A stretch of DNA of 64,000 nucleotides from Felis catus (taxonomy: Eukaryota). Location: the NCBI RefSeq assembly GCF_018350175.1, contig NC_058383.1, forward strand, positions 17,114,001 to 17,178,000. Reading direction: 5' to 3'. How positions within the stretch are numbered: the first letter of the stretch is position 1; each line of letters starts with the position of its first letter. The notes beneath the pieces were generated by a model. It saw only the letters and a list, made by a program, of their open reading frames with translations. It had not been told where the DNA came from and did no database searches. Shown in pieces: positions 34,600-46,250 of this stretch. A program made the translations under genes and the position numbers.

Positions 34600-37500
34600 C
34601 TGCACCAGTTTGCATTCTCACCAGCTGTACATGAGGGGTCCTTTTTTCCATACCCTTGCCAACACCTGTTGTTTCTTGTGTTGATTTTAGCCATTCTGAC
34701 AGGTGTGAGGTGATATCTCAGTGTAGCTTTGATTTGCATTTCTAGGTGAGTACTAATTTAGTCGTCACAGCAATCTTATGTATTCAGCCATAAAAAAGAA
34801 TGACATTTTGCCATTTGCAGTGAAATAGATGGAGCTAGAGAGTGTAATGGTAAGTGAAATAAGTCAGTGAAATAAGTGAAATAAGTCAGAAATATGATTT
34901 CATTCATGTGGAATCTAAGAAACAAAATAAATGAACAAAGGAGAAAAGAGAGAGAGAGAAACCAAGCAACAGATTCTTAATTATAGAGAATAAACTGATG
35001 GTTACCAGAGAGGAGGAGGGTAGGGTTATGGGTTAACTAGGTGATAGCGATTAAGGAGTGCATTTGTTGTGTACGGTACTGGCACAAAAACAGACAGATC
35101 AATGGAACAGAATAGAGAACCCAGAAATGGACCCAGAAATGTATGGCCAACTAATTTTTGACAAAGCAGGAAAGAATATCCGATGGAATAAAGACAGTCT
35201 CTTCAGCAAATGGTGCTGGGGAAAACTGGACAGCGACATGCAGAAAAATGAACCTGGATCACTTTCTTACACCATACACAAAAATAAACTCAAACTGGAT
35301 GAAAGACATAAATGTAAGACAGGAAACCATCAAAATTCTCAAAGAGAAAGCAGGCAAAAGCCTTTTTGACTTTGGCTGCAGCAACTTCTCACTCAACATG
35401 TCTCCAGAAGCAAGTGAAACAAAAACAAAAATGAACTATTGGGACCTGATCAAAATAAAAAACTTCCACACAGCGAAGGAAACAATCAGCAAAACTAAAA
35501 GGGAACCAGTGGAATGGGAGAAGATATTTGCAAATGACATATCAAATAAAGGCTTAGTATCCAAAATCTGCAAAGAACTTATCAAACTCAACACCCAAAA
35601 AAACAAATAATCCGTGAAGAAATGGACAAAAGACATGAATAGACATTTCTCCAAAGAAGACATCCAGATGGCCAACCTACACATGAAAAAATGCTCCACA
35701 TCACTCATCATCAGGGAAATACAAATCAAAACCACAATGAGATACCACCTCACACCTGTGAGAATGGCTAACATTAACAACTCAGGCAACAACAGATGTT
35801 GACGAGGATGCAGAGGAAGAGGATCTCTTTTGCACTGCTGGTGGGAATGCAGACTGGTGCAGTCACTCTGGAAAACAGTATGGAGGTTCCTCAAAAAATT
35901 AAAAATTTAAGTACCTTATTTATCCAAAGTATTTATCCAAGGGATACAGGTGTGCTATTTCTAGGGGCACATACACCCCAATGTTTATAGCAGCGCTATC
36001 AACAATAACCAAAGTATGGAAAGAACCCAAATGTCCATTGACAGATGAATGAATAAAGAAGATGTGGTATAGCCAAAGCATAAGAGACTCTTAAAAACTG
36101 AGAACAAACTGAGGGCTGATGGGAGGTGGGAGGGAGGGGAGGGTGGGTGATGGGTATTGAGGAGGGCACCTTTTGGGACGAGCACTGGGTGTTGTATGGA
36201 AACTAATTTGACAATAAACTTCATATATTGAAAAAAAAAGAAGATGTAGTATATAAATACAATGGAGTATTACTGGGCAATCAAAAAGAATGAAACCTTG
36301 CCATTTGCAACTGTGTGGATGGAACTGAAGGGTATTATGCTAAGAGAAATTAGTCAGAGAAAGACAAATATCACATGACTTCACTCATATGAGGTATTTA
36401 AGATACAAAACAGATGAACGTAAGTGAAGGGAAGCAAAAATAATATAAAAACGGGGGGGACAAAACATAAAAGACTCAAGTATAGAAAACAAACAGAGGG
36501 TTACTGGAGGCATTGTGGGAGGGGGGATGGTCTAAATGGGTAAGGGGCATTAAGGAATCTACTCCTGAAATCATTGTTGCACCATATGCTAACTAACTTG
36601 GATATAAATTAAACAACAAATAAATTAAAAGGAATGCATTTTTTGTGATGAGCACCAGATGATGTATGGAATTTTGCATCACTCTATTTTACACCTGAAA
36701 CTAATATAGCACTATAAGTTAACTACACTGGAATTTAAATTTAAAATTTTTAAATAAAATAGATCAGTGACCACATAAAGCATGCTTGGCACAGTGCTGG
36801 GCACTTAGAAAGTGCTCAATAAATGTTAGTTGTAATCATCAAGATGGCAAGACAGTACCTGCTTTCAGTACAACTCTTCATATCCCTAAGAGAATTTCTA
36901 CACCGGGCACTGGAGAAGAGAATCATGGGGAAGGACAGGACGTTGTGCATGGAAAGGAGTTGATGAGAACCAAAAGCCAGTCACCACCCAGTCCTCACCA
37001 GGAGTTGGCATACTGGACCACACTGTATCCAAACCCAGCACTCTGCATAAGGAAGGTTGTTGGCTGGTCTGTGTCCAAGTTGAAACAGAGAGAAGAAGCC
37101 AAGCCTGGGAAAAGAGGTGAGAAGAGAAGCTCTGAAGAAGGGTCTTCCTCCTATTCCATCTCCCCAGACCCCAGATTTGCTCTCCTCTCCAGGTCCAATG
37201 CCCTAGTGTCTCCTGGACTTCTGAACTCTTGGGCTCAGGCTTCCCCCAGTCCTGCTTCTCTCCTGCAGGAAGTCCAGAGACAGCTCTTCACTCATTGGCC
37301 TGCTGGAAGGTTTCAATTCTCCATTGTCACAGAGAAACACCCAGACTCTAACTCCTTTGCCACCCTGGGGCTTCTAGGAGAAAGAGTCCAGGAAAACTTG
37401 GGCCAAGGTGACATTGTGAACAGAGCACAAGGTTGACTTGTTCTACCTACTTGGGAAATCTCTAGATTGTTCAGGCAACTGTCCTCTCCCTCTCCCTCCA

Positions 37501-37670
37501 AAAACTCCAGATACCAAGCCCTGTGTAACTCCAGATCCCTCCCCTAATATCTGCGTCCAAAACATGTACATTCTCAGCTCTTTCCCTATCTGGACCCCAA
37601 TGCTCTCATGTCTCTTCATTGGAGCCCGCCACTTACCCATCAACAGGAGGAAGGTCCTGATCATGGTCAT
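17371..37670 (-). CDS. ITGAX: Integrin alpha-X (CD11c), exons 1-20, 3'-partial (remaining exons beyond window start)
   Basis: Twenty GT-AG exons splice in frame: signal peptide [18 protein letters not shown], mature start FNLDT, I-domain [20 protein letters not shown]...QFQRPSTQ (CD11c-type, MIDAS DxSxS intact), FG-GAP repeats, then thigh/calf-1. No stops or frameshifts. It lies directly downstream of ITGAM, as in the known ITGAM-ITGAX-ITGAD order. Confidence 0.93.
17729..17802 (-). CDS. ITGAX: ITGAX exon 19
   Basis: [25 protein letters not shown], 74 nt. Confidence 0.92.
17898..18029 (-). CDS. ITGAX: ITGAX exon 18
   Basis: [44 protein letters not shown], 132 nt. Confidence 0.93.
18301..18525 (-). 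mobile_element. CAN-SINE, ITGAX intron 17
   Basis: SINEC body; TSD tgactttatc. Confidence 0.88.
18946..19100 (-). CDS. ITGAX: ITGAX exon 17
   Basis: [51 protein letters not shown], 155 nt. Confidence 0.92.
19243..19400 (-). CDS. ITGAX: ITGAX exon 16
   Basis: [52 protein letters not shown], 158 nt. Confidence 0.92.
19532..19662 (-). CDS. ITGAX: ITGAX exon 15
   Basis: [43 protein letters not shown], 131 nt. Confidence 0.92.
20914..21100 (+). mobile_element. CAN-SINE
   Basis: SINEC body; TSD aaaYttccaagttMttta. Confidence 0.85.
21380..22245 (-). mobile_element. Old L1M-type 3' fragment
   Basis: acagctttttgagatataattcacacaccatacaattta...tgtctattcaaatcctttgcctatttttt is typical of an L1MA/MB reverse strand. 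Confidence 0.75.
22657..28586 (+). mobile_element. Full-length, inactive felid LINE-1 in ITGAX intron 14
   Basis: CpG-containing 5' UTR, ORF1 from 23594 ([14 protein letters not shown]), ORF2 from ~24554 in long frameshifted pieces (370 aa at 24937-26049), poly(A), perfect 14-bp TSD aagaatcaagtcct (22643-22656, 28587-28600). Confidence 0.96.
28792..29001 (-). CDS. ITGAX: ITGAX exon 14
   Basis: [70 protein letters not shown], 210 nt. Confidence 0.93.
29094..29234 (-). CDS. ITGAX: ITGAX exon 13
   Basis: [47 protein letters not shown], 141 nt. Confidence 0.93.
29424..29566 (-). CDS. ITGAX: ITGAX exon 12
   Basis: [48 protein letters not shown], 143 nt. Confidence 0.93.
29676..29805 (-). CDS. 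ITGAX: ITGAX exon 11
   Basis: [43 protein letters not shown], 130 nt. Confidence 0.93.
29895..30107 (-). mobile_element. CAN-SINE, ITGAX intron 10
   Basis: SINEC body; TSD tgaYtccactt. Confidence 0.85.
30230..30303 (-). CDS. ITGAX: ITGAX exon 10
   Basis: [25 protein letters not shown], 74 nt. Confidence 0.92.
30511..30661 (-). CDS. ITGAX: ITGAX exon 9
   Basis: [50 protein letters not shown], 151 nt. Confidence 0.93.
30970..31123 (-). CDS. ITGAX: ITGAX exon 8
   Basis: [51 protein letters not shown], 154 nt. Confidence 0.93.
31366..31511 (-). CDS. ITGAX: ITGAX exon 7
   Basis: FSLMQFS...[25 protein letters not shown], 146 nt. Confidence 0.93.
31629..31759 (-). CDS. ITGAX: ITGAX exon 6 (I-domain, MIDAS)
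   Basis: [44 protein letters not shown], 131 nt. Confidence 0.94.
32487..32686. repeat. Degenerate (CA/TA)n low-complexity tract
   Basis: cacatacatt catgcataca tattcacata... Confidence 0.85.
33130..33244 (-). CDS. ITGAX: ITGAX exon 5
   Basis: [38 protein letters not shown], 115 nt. Confidence 0.92.
33397..33467 (-). CDS. ITGAX: ITGAX exon 4
   Basis: [24 protein letters not shown], 71 nt. Confidence 0.92.
33764..33867 (-). CDS. ITGAX: ITGAX exon 3
   Basis: [34 protein letters not shown], 104 nt. Confidence 0.92.
34141..36760 (+). mobile_element. Three nested L1 3' fragments in ITGAX intron 2 (outer 34141-35071 and 36629-36760; middle 35072-36628; inner 36072-36236)
   Basis: TSDs aaggaRtgcattKttgtg-type (35053-35071 / 36629-36647) and aaagaagatgtRgtata (36055-36071 / 36237-36253); MIR-like flanks. 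Confidence 0.88.
34507..34597. repeat. (CA)n(TA)n compound microsatellite
   Basis: Direct reading. Confidence 0.95.
36999..37104 (-). CDS. ITGAX: ITGAX exon 2
   Basis: [35 protein letters not shown], 106 nt, cag/GTGAGG. Confidence 0.92.
37637..37670 (-). CDS. ITGAX: ITGAX exon 1 (coding part)
   Basis: ATG...[18 protein letters not shown], 34 nt. Confidence 0.88.
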
Positions 37671-37774
37671 GACTGGAAGGTAAGATATGGGCTTCTGAGT
37701 TCCTCAGCCACTGAGGGAACTGGACAAAGGTACAGAGGGGCCAGTGAGCAGAGAGGTAGTCAGGAGAATAGAAG

Positions 37775-37865
37775 CAGAGAGGGAAGTTGTCAGCATGACT
37801 CAGAGGTGGAGGGCGGAGAATAGGACTAAAATAAACAGAGAAAGGGGCTGAGGCAGCCCACACAT
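37775..37865 (-). promoter_or_regulatory. ITGAX proximal TATA-less promoter with AP-1, Sp1 and Ets-type motifs
   Basis: AP-1 TGACTCA at 37796-37802, adjacent TGCTGAC half-site, GC box GGGCGG at 37811-37816, GGAA core at ~37782, about 110-145 bp upstream of the ATG. The human CD11c promoter has the same adjacent Sp1/AP-1 arrangement. Confidence 0.7.
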
Positions 37866-38982
37866 CCTGGGTCCAAGAGTCTTTCTAACCAGAGATGGCT
37901 TGCTTCTTTTGCTTTAACAAACTAGACTTAAGTGAATGCAAATCCCCTCCCTGCCTCACCTCTTTAGCTTCTCTAGTTGTACAGGCAGAAGTTTCCTCTT
38001 GACCTTGAAACTTCAGTTAGCCTGGGGAGGGAAAACAGGCAGATGCCAGGGTCAATTTAGGGCCCTAATGGAGACTCTGGTGGGTACTCTCAGACCTGGA
38101 AGCCTCTGGGCTAAGAAGCAAGCATCTGGACCTTAGGAGGAAAATGGAGTGGGCATTTAGTCATTTACTCAACAAGCCTCATTTGAGGCTAATTACGCAT
38201 CTCTCTATTAGCAAAGAGATAAAACACAAGCCACAAGACCCAGCCCTGGGGTCAGTAGAGAAGGCAAATGTGCAACAAGCAAGGTATTGCTATGAGATGA
38301 GAAGCCCATTGACCACAGAGTACCTTACTCACTTAGAAGGGTGTCTATTTCTGAAAAGGATTCCTGGCACTTGAGCTGAGTTTCGAAGGCAACTGACTAT
38401 AGGGGAGCATATTTCAGAAGGGGTAGCCAAATGTGACCAAGGCATGAGACTGGAGGGCCTCTTGGGAAACCAGTGATGGTAAACCAGAGAGTGGGAGGTG
38501 GGAAGTGACAAGAGATGAGGTCAGTGACATGGAGGAAGGGGAGAAGGGGAAGCAGGCCCCAAGTCTGGAAAGCCCCCTTAAGGTATGTTGATTTTATCCT
38601 GAGGGCAGAGGGAAGGATTGAATCAAATTGGGAAGGCTGAAATCTTCAAATTTACATTTCAGAAAGCTAGAAAGAGGAGCAGTATGGGGCATGGTTTCAT
38701 TGGGAACTAGCTGGAGACAGACCAGCTAAGAGAGAGGTAACGGGGCCCTGTGGGGTGAGCTAGTGGCCATGGGGATGGACTGGAGGCTGACTGGTCTCTA
38801 AGGGGAAGACAGTGGTGATGGTCCCTGAGCATACTTGGAGGAAGGGAGGGACAATGGACTAGGATAGTTACGGTTTTTAGAAAGCCAAAATTTAGTCTTT
38901 AAGAGCTTGGGCTCTCAATCTCTCTAGGCTCCAGTTTCCTCTTCCACAAAATGAGGGTGATAATAAAACTACATATCTCCTA

Positions 38983-39195
38983 GGGTGCCTGGGTGGCTCA
39001 GTCAGTTAAGCATCCAACTCTCAATTTCAGTTCAGGAGATGATCTTATGGTTTGTGAGTTTGAGCCCCGCATCAAGCTCTGCACTGACAGCATGGAGCCT
39101 GCTTGGGATTCTCTCCCTTTCTGACCCTCCCCACTCGTGTTCTCTCTCTCTCTCTCTCTCTCTCTGTAAAAATAAATAAACATTTTTTAAAACTT
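38983..39195 (+). mobile_element. CAN-SINE
   Basis: gggtgcctgggtggctcagtcagttaagc...(CT)n, A-tail. Confidence 0.88.
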
Positions 39196-40997
39196 TAAAA
39201 GTACACATTTCCTATTGTTTGTTTCTGGGAAGGTTGAATTAGTATGAAATGCTGAGAAAAATGTATATGAGCTTCTGTCATTGGCTATTATGAGTACTAT
39301 GCTCTGATGATTATTGTGTTAGGTAAGAGGGGCCTGAAGGCCTTCCAAGAGAAGATGTCCTAGAGGCAGTTGAATGAATGGGGCTAGAGCTCAGGAGACA
39401 ATTCTGGGTTGGAGAAGAGTTTTGGATCCATCAGAAGTGCTGAATGAGATCCTGGTGGGAGTGTGAAGAGGGAAGAGAAAGATGGGTGGAAGAGGGGAAG
39501 GAAACCAGTGTTAGCAGCAGAGCAGAAGCCCAGAAATATTTAGAAGGAAGGAGTTCTCAAAGAGGGAGAAAGAAGTCCAGGAGAAAAAAGGGAATCATGA
39601 AAGGGCTACCTGGAGAGGAATGTAAATAATTTCACAAGCTGCTAGATGTCAAGTGAGGTGAGAAATGAAGAAGTCCCCAGATATGGCAACAGAGGCTATC
39701 AGGGACCCTAGAGGTGGCAGTGCCAGGTTAGTGGGGGAGGAGCTGGGAGTGAGTAATGTGGACATTAATGCCACCTGAAGATAAGCAGCCTTGTAGGGAT
39801 CTCAGATACAATATGACTGGAGAAAATCCCTGGAATTCTTGGAGATGAAAAAAAAAAATTGAAAGAGAATGAAATGGAGACACAGAAACCCAATAAAAAG
39901 AAAGAAGTGACCCAGATTCCAGACAAGATAAAAGGCAAGCCAGAAATAACTCAAGCCAGGAGATGTCTAGAAGACTCAGGACTGGACTCACAGACAGGGT
40001 AAGTACAAGAGAGCCACCAAGCCTTTGAAGGTGCCTTGAATCCTGGCCTTTCCAGGGCTTGGGTTCCACTCTTGATGGATGAGGTACACAAAACAAGAAT
40101 ATTGGACAACTAAGACTTAAATTCTTCTTTCAAGCCACCCAACATACTTCTATGATACTTCAGGAAAAGCCAAGCAAGGTAAGACATCTCACCTTTAACA
40201 AAGATAACTTGTATCATAAAAGTGTAGAACAGGATGTGTCCTTAATTCAAGCCATCCATGAAGGCAGTGAGGCTCCAGATAGGAACTTAGGGTTTCTAAA
40301 ACTCACAGCCCCTTTTCATTCCAGTGAATCATGTTGTGACACTTCCAGAAAAAGGATGCAGCTGAGGAGGATAATATAAGCAAGGAAAGGGTGGATACCC
40401 AAGTTCCCTAATCTCCTCAGCCCAGTAGAACCATGATTCAGTCACATCCAACTCTGTCCATCTGACACCTGTAGGTTGTTCAGAGCCAAGGGTGAGCCGG
40501 TGGAAGAAGTCAAGAGCAGAATGGGAGGGTTTGGGGAAGTTTGGAGGCAGCCAGCCTTTCTCACTGCTGGAATTCCTCACTCAATAAGTTTCTGCTCTGT
40601 CCCTGAGACTAGATATACTGACTGAAGAAGATTCTGGTAGGATGGTGGGGCAGGAGGTGCTGCTTCTGGTCTGTCACATACTGGAGCAAGGGTGGGAAAT
40701 GGAGAGACCAGGACAGATGTTGCTTTAATTCAGGTCTGATTTACCTGAACTAAGTGGAACTGAATAATTTTGGGTCTGTTTCCTGGGTTGTTTCTTTTCC
40801 ATGGAAAGAGAACAGAAATCTGGTGGGTGGAAACTTTGGTATTTTTCAGTCTGTTTCCACCCCCACACTTACCCATGAGGCCTGAATGGATTTTCCCTAG
40901 AGTTTCTGCCCTTCTTCATACCATATGCACTCTGTCTCACTTCTCTTTCTTTGATGGACAATTGGCCAAATCACCACCAAATTTTCTCAAAACAGAA

Positions 40998-41163
40998 TTT
41001 TTTTAGAGAGAAGGTGAGGGGGAAGGAGAAAGAGAATCCCAATCAGGCTCTGCACTGTCAGCATGGAGCCTGACCCAGGGCTCAAACCCAAGAACTGTGA
41101 GATAATGACCTGAGCTGAAACCAAGAGTCAGATGCTTAACCGACTGAGTCACCCAGGCACCCC
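40998..41163 (-). mobile_element. CAN-SINE
   Basis: Reverse-strand SINEC body. Confidence 0.85.
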
Positions 41164-43788
41164 AAAACAATTTATTTAACTCTATAGTGTAGAAATACAC
41201 ACATGTATACTCAGGTTCTCAGGAAGAGGCTGCTTTCCAAAAGCAACTGGTTCTCCCTACACTCCAGGAGCCGTGGGCATGGAATTCTGTTGTGATCGAT
41301 TATTTGAGAACGCTAGAGGATTTTAGCCAGTGGTTGGGAAGTTTGGGACATGGAAGTGAGAAGCAGGCATAGGGTAATAACATCTTTATGGCAGAAAAAA
41401 AGAACTGAGTAATACTAACATATCATTGTGCCCTTTATGTCTGTTAGCTCACTGAATCTTCTCAACAGCCCTATGGGGGTGGGGAGCTGCTATTATCCTC
41501 ATTTTATGGATGCAGAATTAAGGCACAGAGAAGTTGAGTTATTTGCCTCAAGTTGCCAGCTAGTACAAGGTAAAGACAGATATCAAGGCACTGGAGTCTT
41601 GACCACACTGCTAATGATCTTACTTCCTCCTTTCTACCCCACCTACTGCCTGGGCAGTATTTGTTCACTCAACCATTCATCCCACACACAGGAGCTTCTC
41701 CTGTGATCCAGGCTGTGGGTTGGCTGCTAGGGAAGCAAAACAAGCAGGAAAGGGTGCTGGCCTTCTAAGAGATCATACCCTACAAGGGAAACAATGTTCT
41801 GATACATTCAAATCACAAGTTTTACTAGATAGCAGAATAATTTGAGTGGCTCGGGGAGGAAGTGATTAGCTCTGCTTTGGTGAATCTCAGAAGGAGATTC
41901 TTGGGGGGTGGTGCTTTTATACACCAGGGATTGGTATAGAGACTATAGACTTCTTCAATATAAGGACTGTATCCTTCTGGTCCTCTATCCCCTGCATTCA
42001 GCACAACACCTGACACATAGGAAGCACCCAATCAATACTTGGTGCCTGCATGAAGTTAAAGAAGGGCAGAGCTAATCCCAGTCAAGGGAACAAGCCTTTT
42101 TGTACAGAACATCCAACAGTTCTGGTCTCAGTCACTGTTGCACCTCAATTATGTGCCTGGGAAATAGCACTTGCTTCTGTTTGTTGCTATAGCTGTTATA
42201 AGTTGAGGATAAGGGTGAGAATTCACAGTTTTCCTTAGTGAAGAATAAAAAGTGACACCCTCTCAATGACAGCTCATTGAGATCAGACACTCATTTCTCT
42301 TTCTTTCTCCAAGGATGGCCACTAGACCTAGAGTAGATACAACCAGGGGTCAAACATGTCTGTTGGGTATGTGGGTAGTTGGGTGATAAGAGGGTAGATG
42401 AGTTTGTGTGTGGACAGATGAGCAGGTGGCTGGGTAGATGGGAAGATGAGTGGATGAATGGATAAGTGGGGTGGATGGGTATGTGGAAAGGAAATCTGCA
42501 CATATTTGAAGGTGATAGACCAAGTGTTCAGCCCAGATCACCCTGGGATTCCCCCAATTGTTGTATAAGTCGAAGGCTGCCTCAGAACAAGGCAAAAGCA
42601 GCCTTTCTAGGAGGAAAACTAATGAATTGGGGCAAATTTTGGATACAACAGGTATTTGTTTAGGTTGAGTAAATGCTGTAGGAAATAAGAAGAATGTTAG
42701 GGAACACAGCAAACGTGTGTCTGGTGGATGAGGAAAAGCCTGGGGCAACAGTGAAGGGAAGAGGAAGGAACACTGGCTTGGCTTCTCTACATACATTGGC
42801 AAAAACCCCTTGGAGAGTCAAATGGTTGTCCTTTAACTCCCACTGTTGGCAAGTGATTTAACTGGAATTAGAGGAACATAGTACTTAATTTGCACTTAAG
42901 TTCTGTGAAATAGAAGAGAAAATGAGAAGCAAAGATAATTCATTGGGAAAAGGAAAGACAGAGAAGAGGAAAGAGCAGAAATGAGGTGGTCAGAGTAAGG
43001 TGGATAGGGGCTGAGTATTGATGACTGACCTACCTTCTTCTGGGTTTCCCTTGGAGGGAACATTCATACTTTCCATCTGAAGGCTCCATAATGCTGCCTC
43101 AATTCCCAGCCTTAGATTCAACTCACAAAGATGATCAGGAAAAGCTGGGCTGGAGTCCAAGCTATAGGAAGTCTTGACTGACCTTGGGCAAGTTAACATA
43201 ACCTCACTAATCATCAGTATCCTCTTCTGCAAAATAGGAACAATAATATCCACCTCAATGGGCAGGTGTGAAGAATTTAATGAGAACTGAATTGACTTTC
43301 AGGGCAGGACTTCTCCAGCCCTGTCTGAGCTAGAGTCTGGTCAGCACACCCCTCAAAATACCATGGAAAATAGCGTGAACAATGGGCTGATTACACCTGA
43401 ACTGTAACACATAGATCAAGGTGCTCTTAAATCAGAGAACACAGTGGCTTTCTGCCTACTCCACTCTGTGACTCAAAAAAATTCTAAATGAAAAAGTAAG
43501 TGCAAGAAAGGTATTCAAAGTTCTGTTTTCCTTCCAATATTTTGATGTTTCTTTGTATTTGTCAATTACAAATATTGTATCCTTTTCAAAAAATTTCTTC
43601 CATCATTTTTTTGATGCCTTGACTTTAATAGAGGCTCAAGCACAGCAGCTGTGCTGCACATGGGAGGGGCTGGGCTGGAGATGCTTGTGGGAATTAGGGG
43701 AGGGAGAATTCCAGAGAACAGGGGTAAGGCTGGGTCATCAGGCTTAGCTTCTGTATCTTACTCTTGGCTTGGTAGCAAGATTATTCTC

Positions 43789-43843
43789 TTTTTTTATATA
43801 TTAAATACAATTTATTGTCAAATTGGTTTCCATACAACACCCA
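43789..43843 (-). mobile_element. Micro-insertion of an L1 3' terminus (~55 bp)
   Basis: aatttattgtcaaattggtttccatacaacaccca plus T-tail; TSD gtaRcaagatYattctc (43772-43788 / 43844-43860). Confidence 0.85.
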
Positions 43844-44102
43844 GTAACAAGATCATTCTCAACAGGCAAATATATATATATGGAAGAACATGGCAATCAA
43901 TGCATTCAATTCATGTTTACTCAGAGGGGCCTTGGAACTTCAATGGGCAACAAGAGATGGGGGCAGATAAGGAGACCCATTTCAGCAATTTTTCAAAGTC
44001 TGTGCCAAAATGGGAATGCCCACAGAGAAACTGGAAAGGAGATCATTGTGGTTTGTTTGTTTGTTTGTTTGTTTTTTAATTGTAGTAGCTGGACCAGAGG
44101 AT

Positions 44103-44653
44103 TGAGAAAATAAATGAAGACCAACAAAATGTCTGTTGATAGGCGAAGGCTATTTATTCAGAGCTTGCTCTAGCAAGAAATTCAGCCACCATCACTTGCA
44201 TTTTGACAAATACCCAAAGGCAAGGGAGGAGGAGAGGATAGGCTTTATGGTATAAAAAGGGAAGTTTTCAGGTGTGCCCTGACTGGAGGCTGTTGGCCCA
44301 GGGAAGCTGGAGTGGATTAACTGGAAGGAGAACATCTTTTGATTGGTTAGGGGAGCATATTTGGCTTTTCCTGGTTGGGCCTAAGTTGGATTCAGCAACA
44401 AAAATGAGGGAAGCTGTCAGTTATTAATCAAGCCCTGGTCATTTTGAGCCAATTATTACATGGGTTATTGTTTGGCTTCCTGGACCAGTTGCTAAAGGTC
44501 TGACTTCCTACAAGTCTGACTTACAGGTGGCAAACCGGCTTCTTGGGCTGTTTATTATAGTTAATGGATGGGTTTCTTGGGCTGATTGCTACAGATTATG
44601 GGTCAGAGCTCTGTTTCTATGTATAGTCTGTCCATTATCCATTCATTCTCTCA
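44103..44653 (-). mobile_element. Probable solo LTR (ERV1-like) between ITGAM and ITGAX
   Basis: Inverted termini tgagaaa...tctctca, ~550 bp, imperfect 4-bp TSD ggat/agat, minus-strand AATAAA near the left end and CCAAT boxes. Confidence 0.6.
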
Positions 44654-45487
44654 AGATTTAGAAAATGTGAAGTAGTTACATATAGCCAGATACTATATGG
44701 TCCTGAAGAAATGCGTTGTGCTGTAGGGAAACAGACTTTTGAGAGCTCTGTCTTCTGGTGGAGGGAACAAGAACAGGAAGCCAGGAAAACCAAGATCATT
44801 CATTCATTCATTCACCAAACACATATATTCAGCAATTGTTTGCTCTGTGTTCCAGATATTGTCATAGGGGTTCCTGCACTCCAGGAATGTACAGTGTCCA
44901 GGAATAAAAAAACAGGTTACTGACAGCATATGAGAGGTGAAGCTTCTCTTGGCTAGGCATTCAGGAGGATTTGGAGGAAGTGACATTCAAGCTGAGACGA
45001 GTCAAGTGAAGGAGGAAAGGAAGTGAGTTCTGGGCAAAGAATAAAGCATGGACAAAGACTGGGAAAGTGAGAGGGAATGAAGGGGGAACAGATACATCCT
45101 GACCTGTCCTCAACAGGTCATGTTTAGGCTTGACATCCCAATGCAATTATTATTCACACTTCCTTTCACTTTTAAAAGGGTCCTGACTGGTCACGCTAGA
45201 TATGGTGCATTTGAGAAATATGAGGTTGAGAGGGAAGGGAGCAGAAGGTGAGCTACAGAGGTAGGCAGTGACCAGATCACATAGGGCTTCAAGATCACCT
45301 TTAATCCAATGGACCCTAACCTCAGAGCAGGAGCGCTATATGGAGTGAACTGGAAAGCCATGTCCTGCCTGTTTATGGTGGCTCTACCTAGCTGCAGCCT
45401 CATGTTGCCTCACTCCCATTTTTCAATAAAAGCCATAAATTTGGATTTCTCTAAGAAATCTGCCAATTTTAAAATGTCATCAACTCA

Positions 45488-45619
45488 GGGCGACTCGGTG
45501 GCTCAGTTGGTTAAGCGGCTGACTTCAGTTCAGGTCATGATCTTGCAGTCTGTGGGTTCCAGCCCCGCGTTGGGCTCTGTGCTGACAGCTCAGAGCCTGG
45601 AGTCTGCTTCCAATTATGT

Positions 45620-45658
<39 letters not shown>

Positions 45659-45720
45659 CCTCCCCAGCTTGCTCTCTGTCTCTCTCTCAAAAATAATAAA
45701 CATTAAAAAAAATTAATAAT
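45488..45720 (+). mobile_element. CAN-SINE
   Basis: SINEC body; flanked by aaaatgtca..aact repeats. Confidence 0.88.
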
Positions 45721-45789
45721 AAAATGTCAATAACTAATCAAAAACAAATAAACAAACAAAACTATGTAGGCTAACTAAAACCTGAGGGC

Positions 45790-45962
45790 TATTACTCAGC
45801 CACCAAAAAGAATGAAATCTTGCCATTTACAATAACATGAATGGAGCTGGAGTGTATTTTGCTAAGCAAAATAAGTCAGTCAGAGAAAGACAAGTACCAT
45901 ATGATTACACTCATGTGTAGAATTTGAACAACAAAACAGATAAACATAGGGGAAGGAAATGA

Positions 45963-46019
<57 letters not shown>

Positions 46020-46250
46020 GGAAACCATTCCAGACTATTAACTATAGAAAACAAACTGAGGGCTGCTGGAGGGAAGGTGGGCAGGGAATGGGCTAGATGT
46101 GTCATGGGTATTAAGGAGGGCACTTGTTGGCATGAGCACTAGATGTTATATATAAGTCATGAATCACTAGATTCTACTCCTGAAATCAATATTACTATAA
46201 GTTAAATAACTAGAATTTAAATAAAAATTTGAAACAAACAAGAATAAATA
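45790..46250 (+). mobile_element. L1 3' fragment containing a (GAAA)n microsatellite (45961-46017)
   Basis: aagaatgaaatcttgccattt...gtcagagaaagacaagtacc...A-rich tail. Confidence 0.85.

Noticed and set aside
36786..37436. 216-aa plus-strand ORF
   Set aside because: TTG start inside a MIR-like remnant, antisense to ITGAX exon 2, no recognisable domain; likely a chance ORF.
17371..37670. Possibility that this gene is an ITGAX pseudogene or is ITGAD
   Set aside because: All 20 exons are in frame with canonical splice sites and an intact MIDAS motif. Motifs such as [24 protein letters not shown] and [14 protein letters not shown], and the position next to ITGAM, fit ITGAX.
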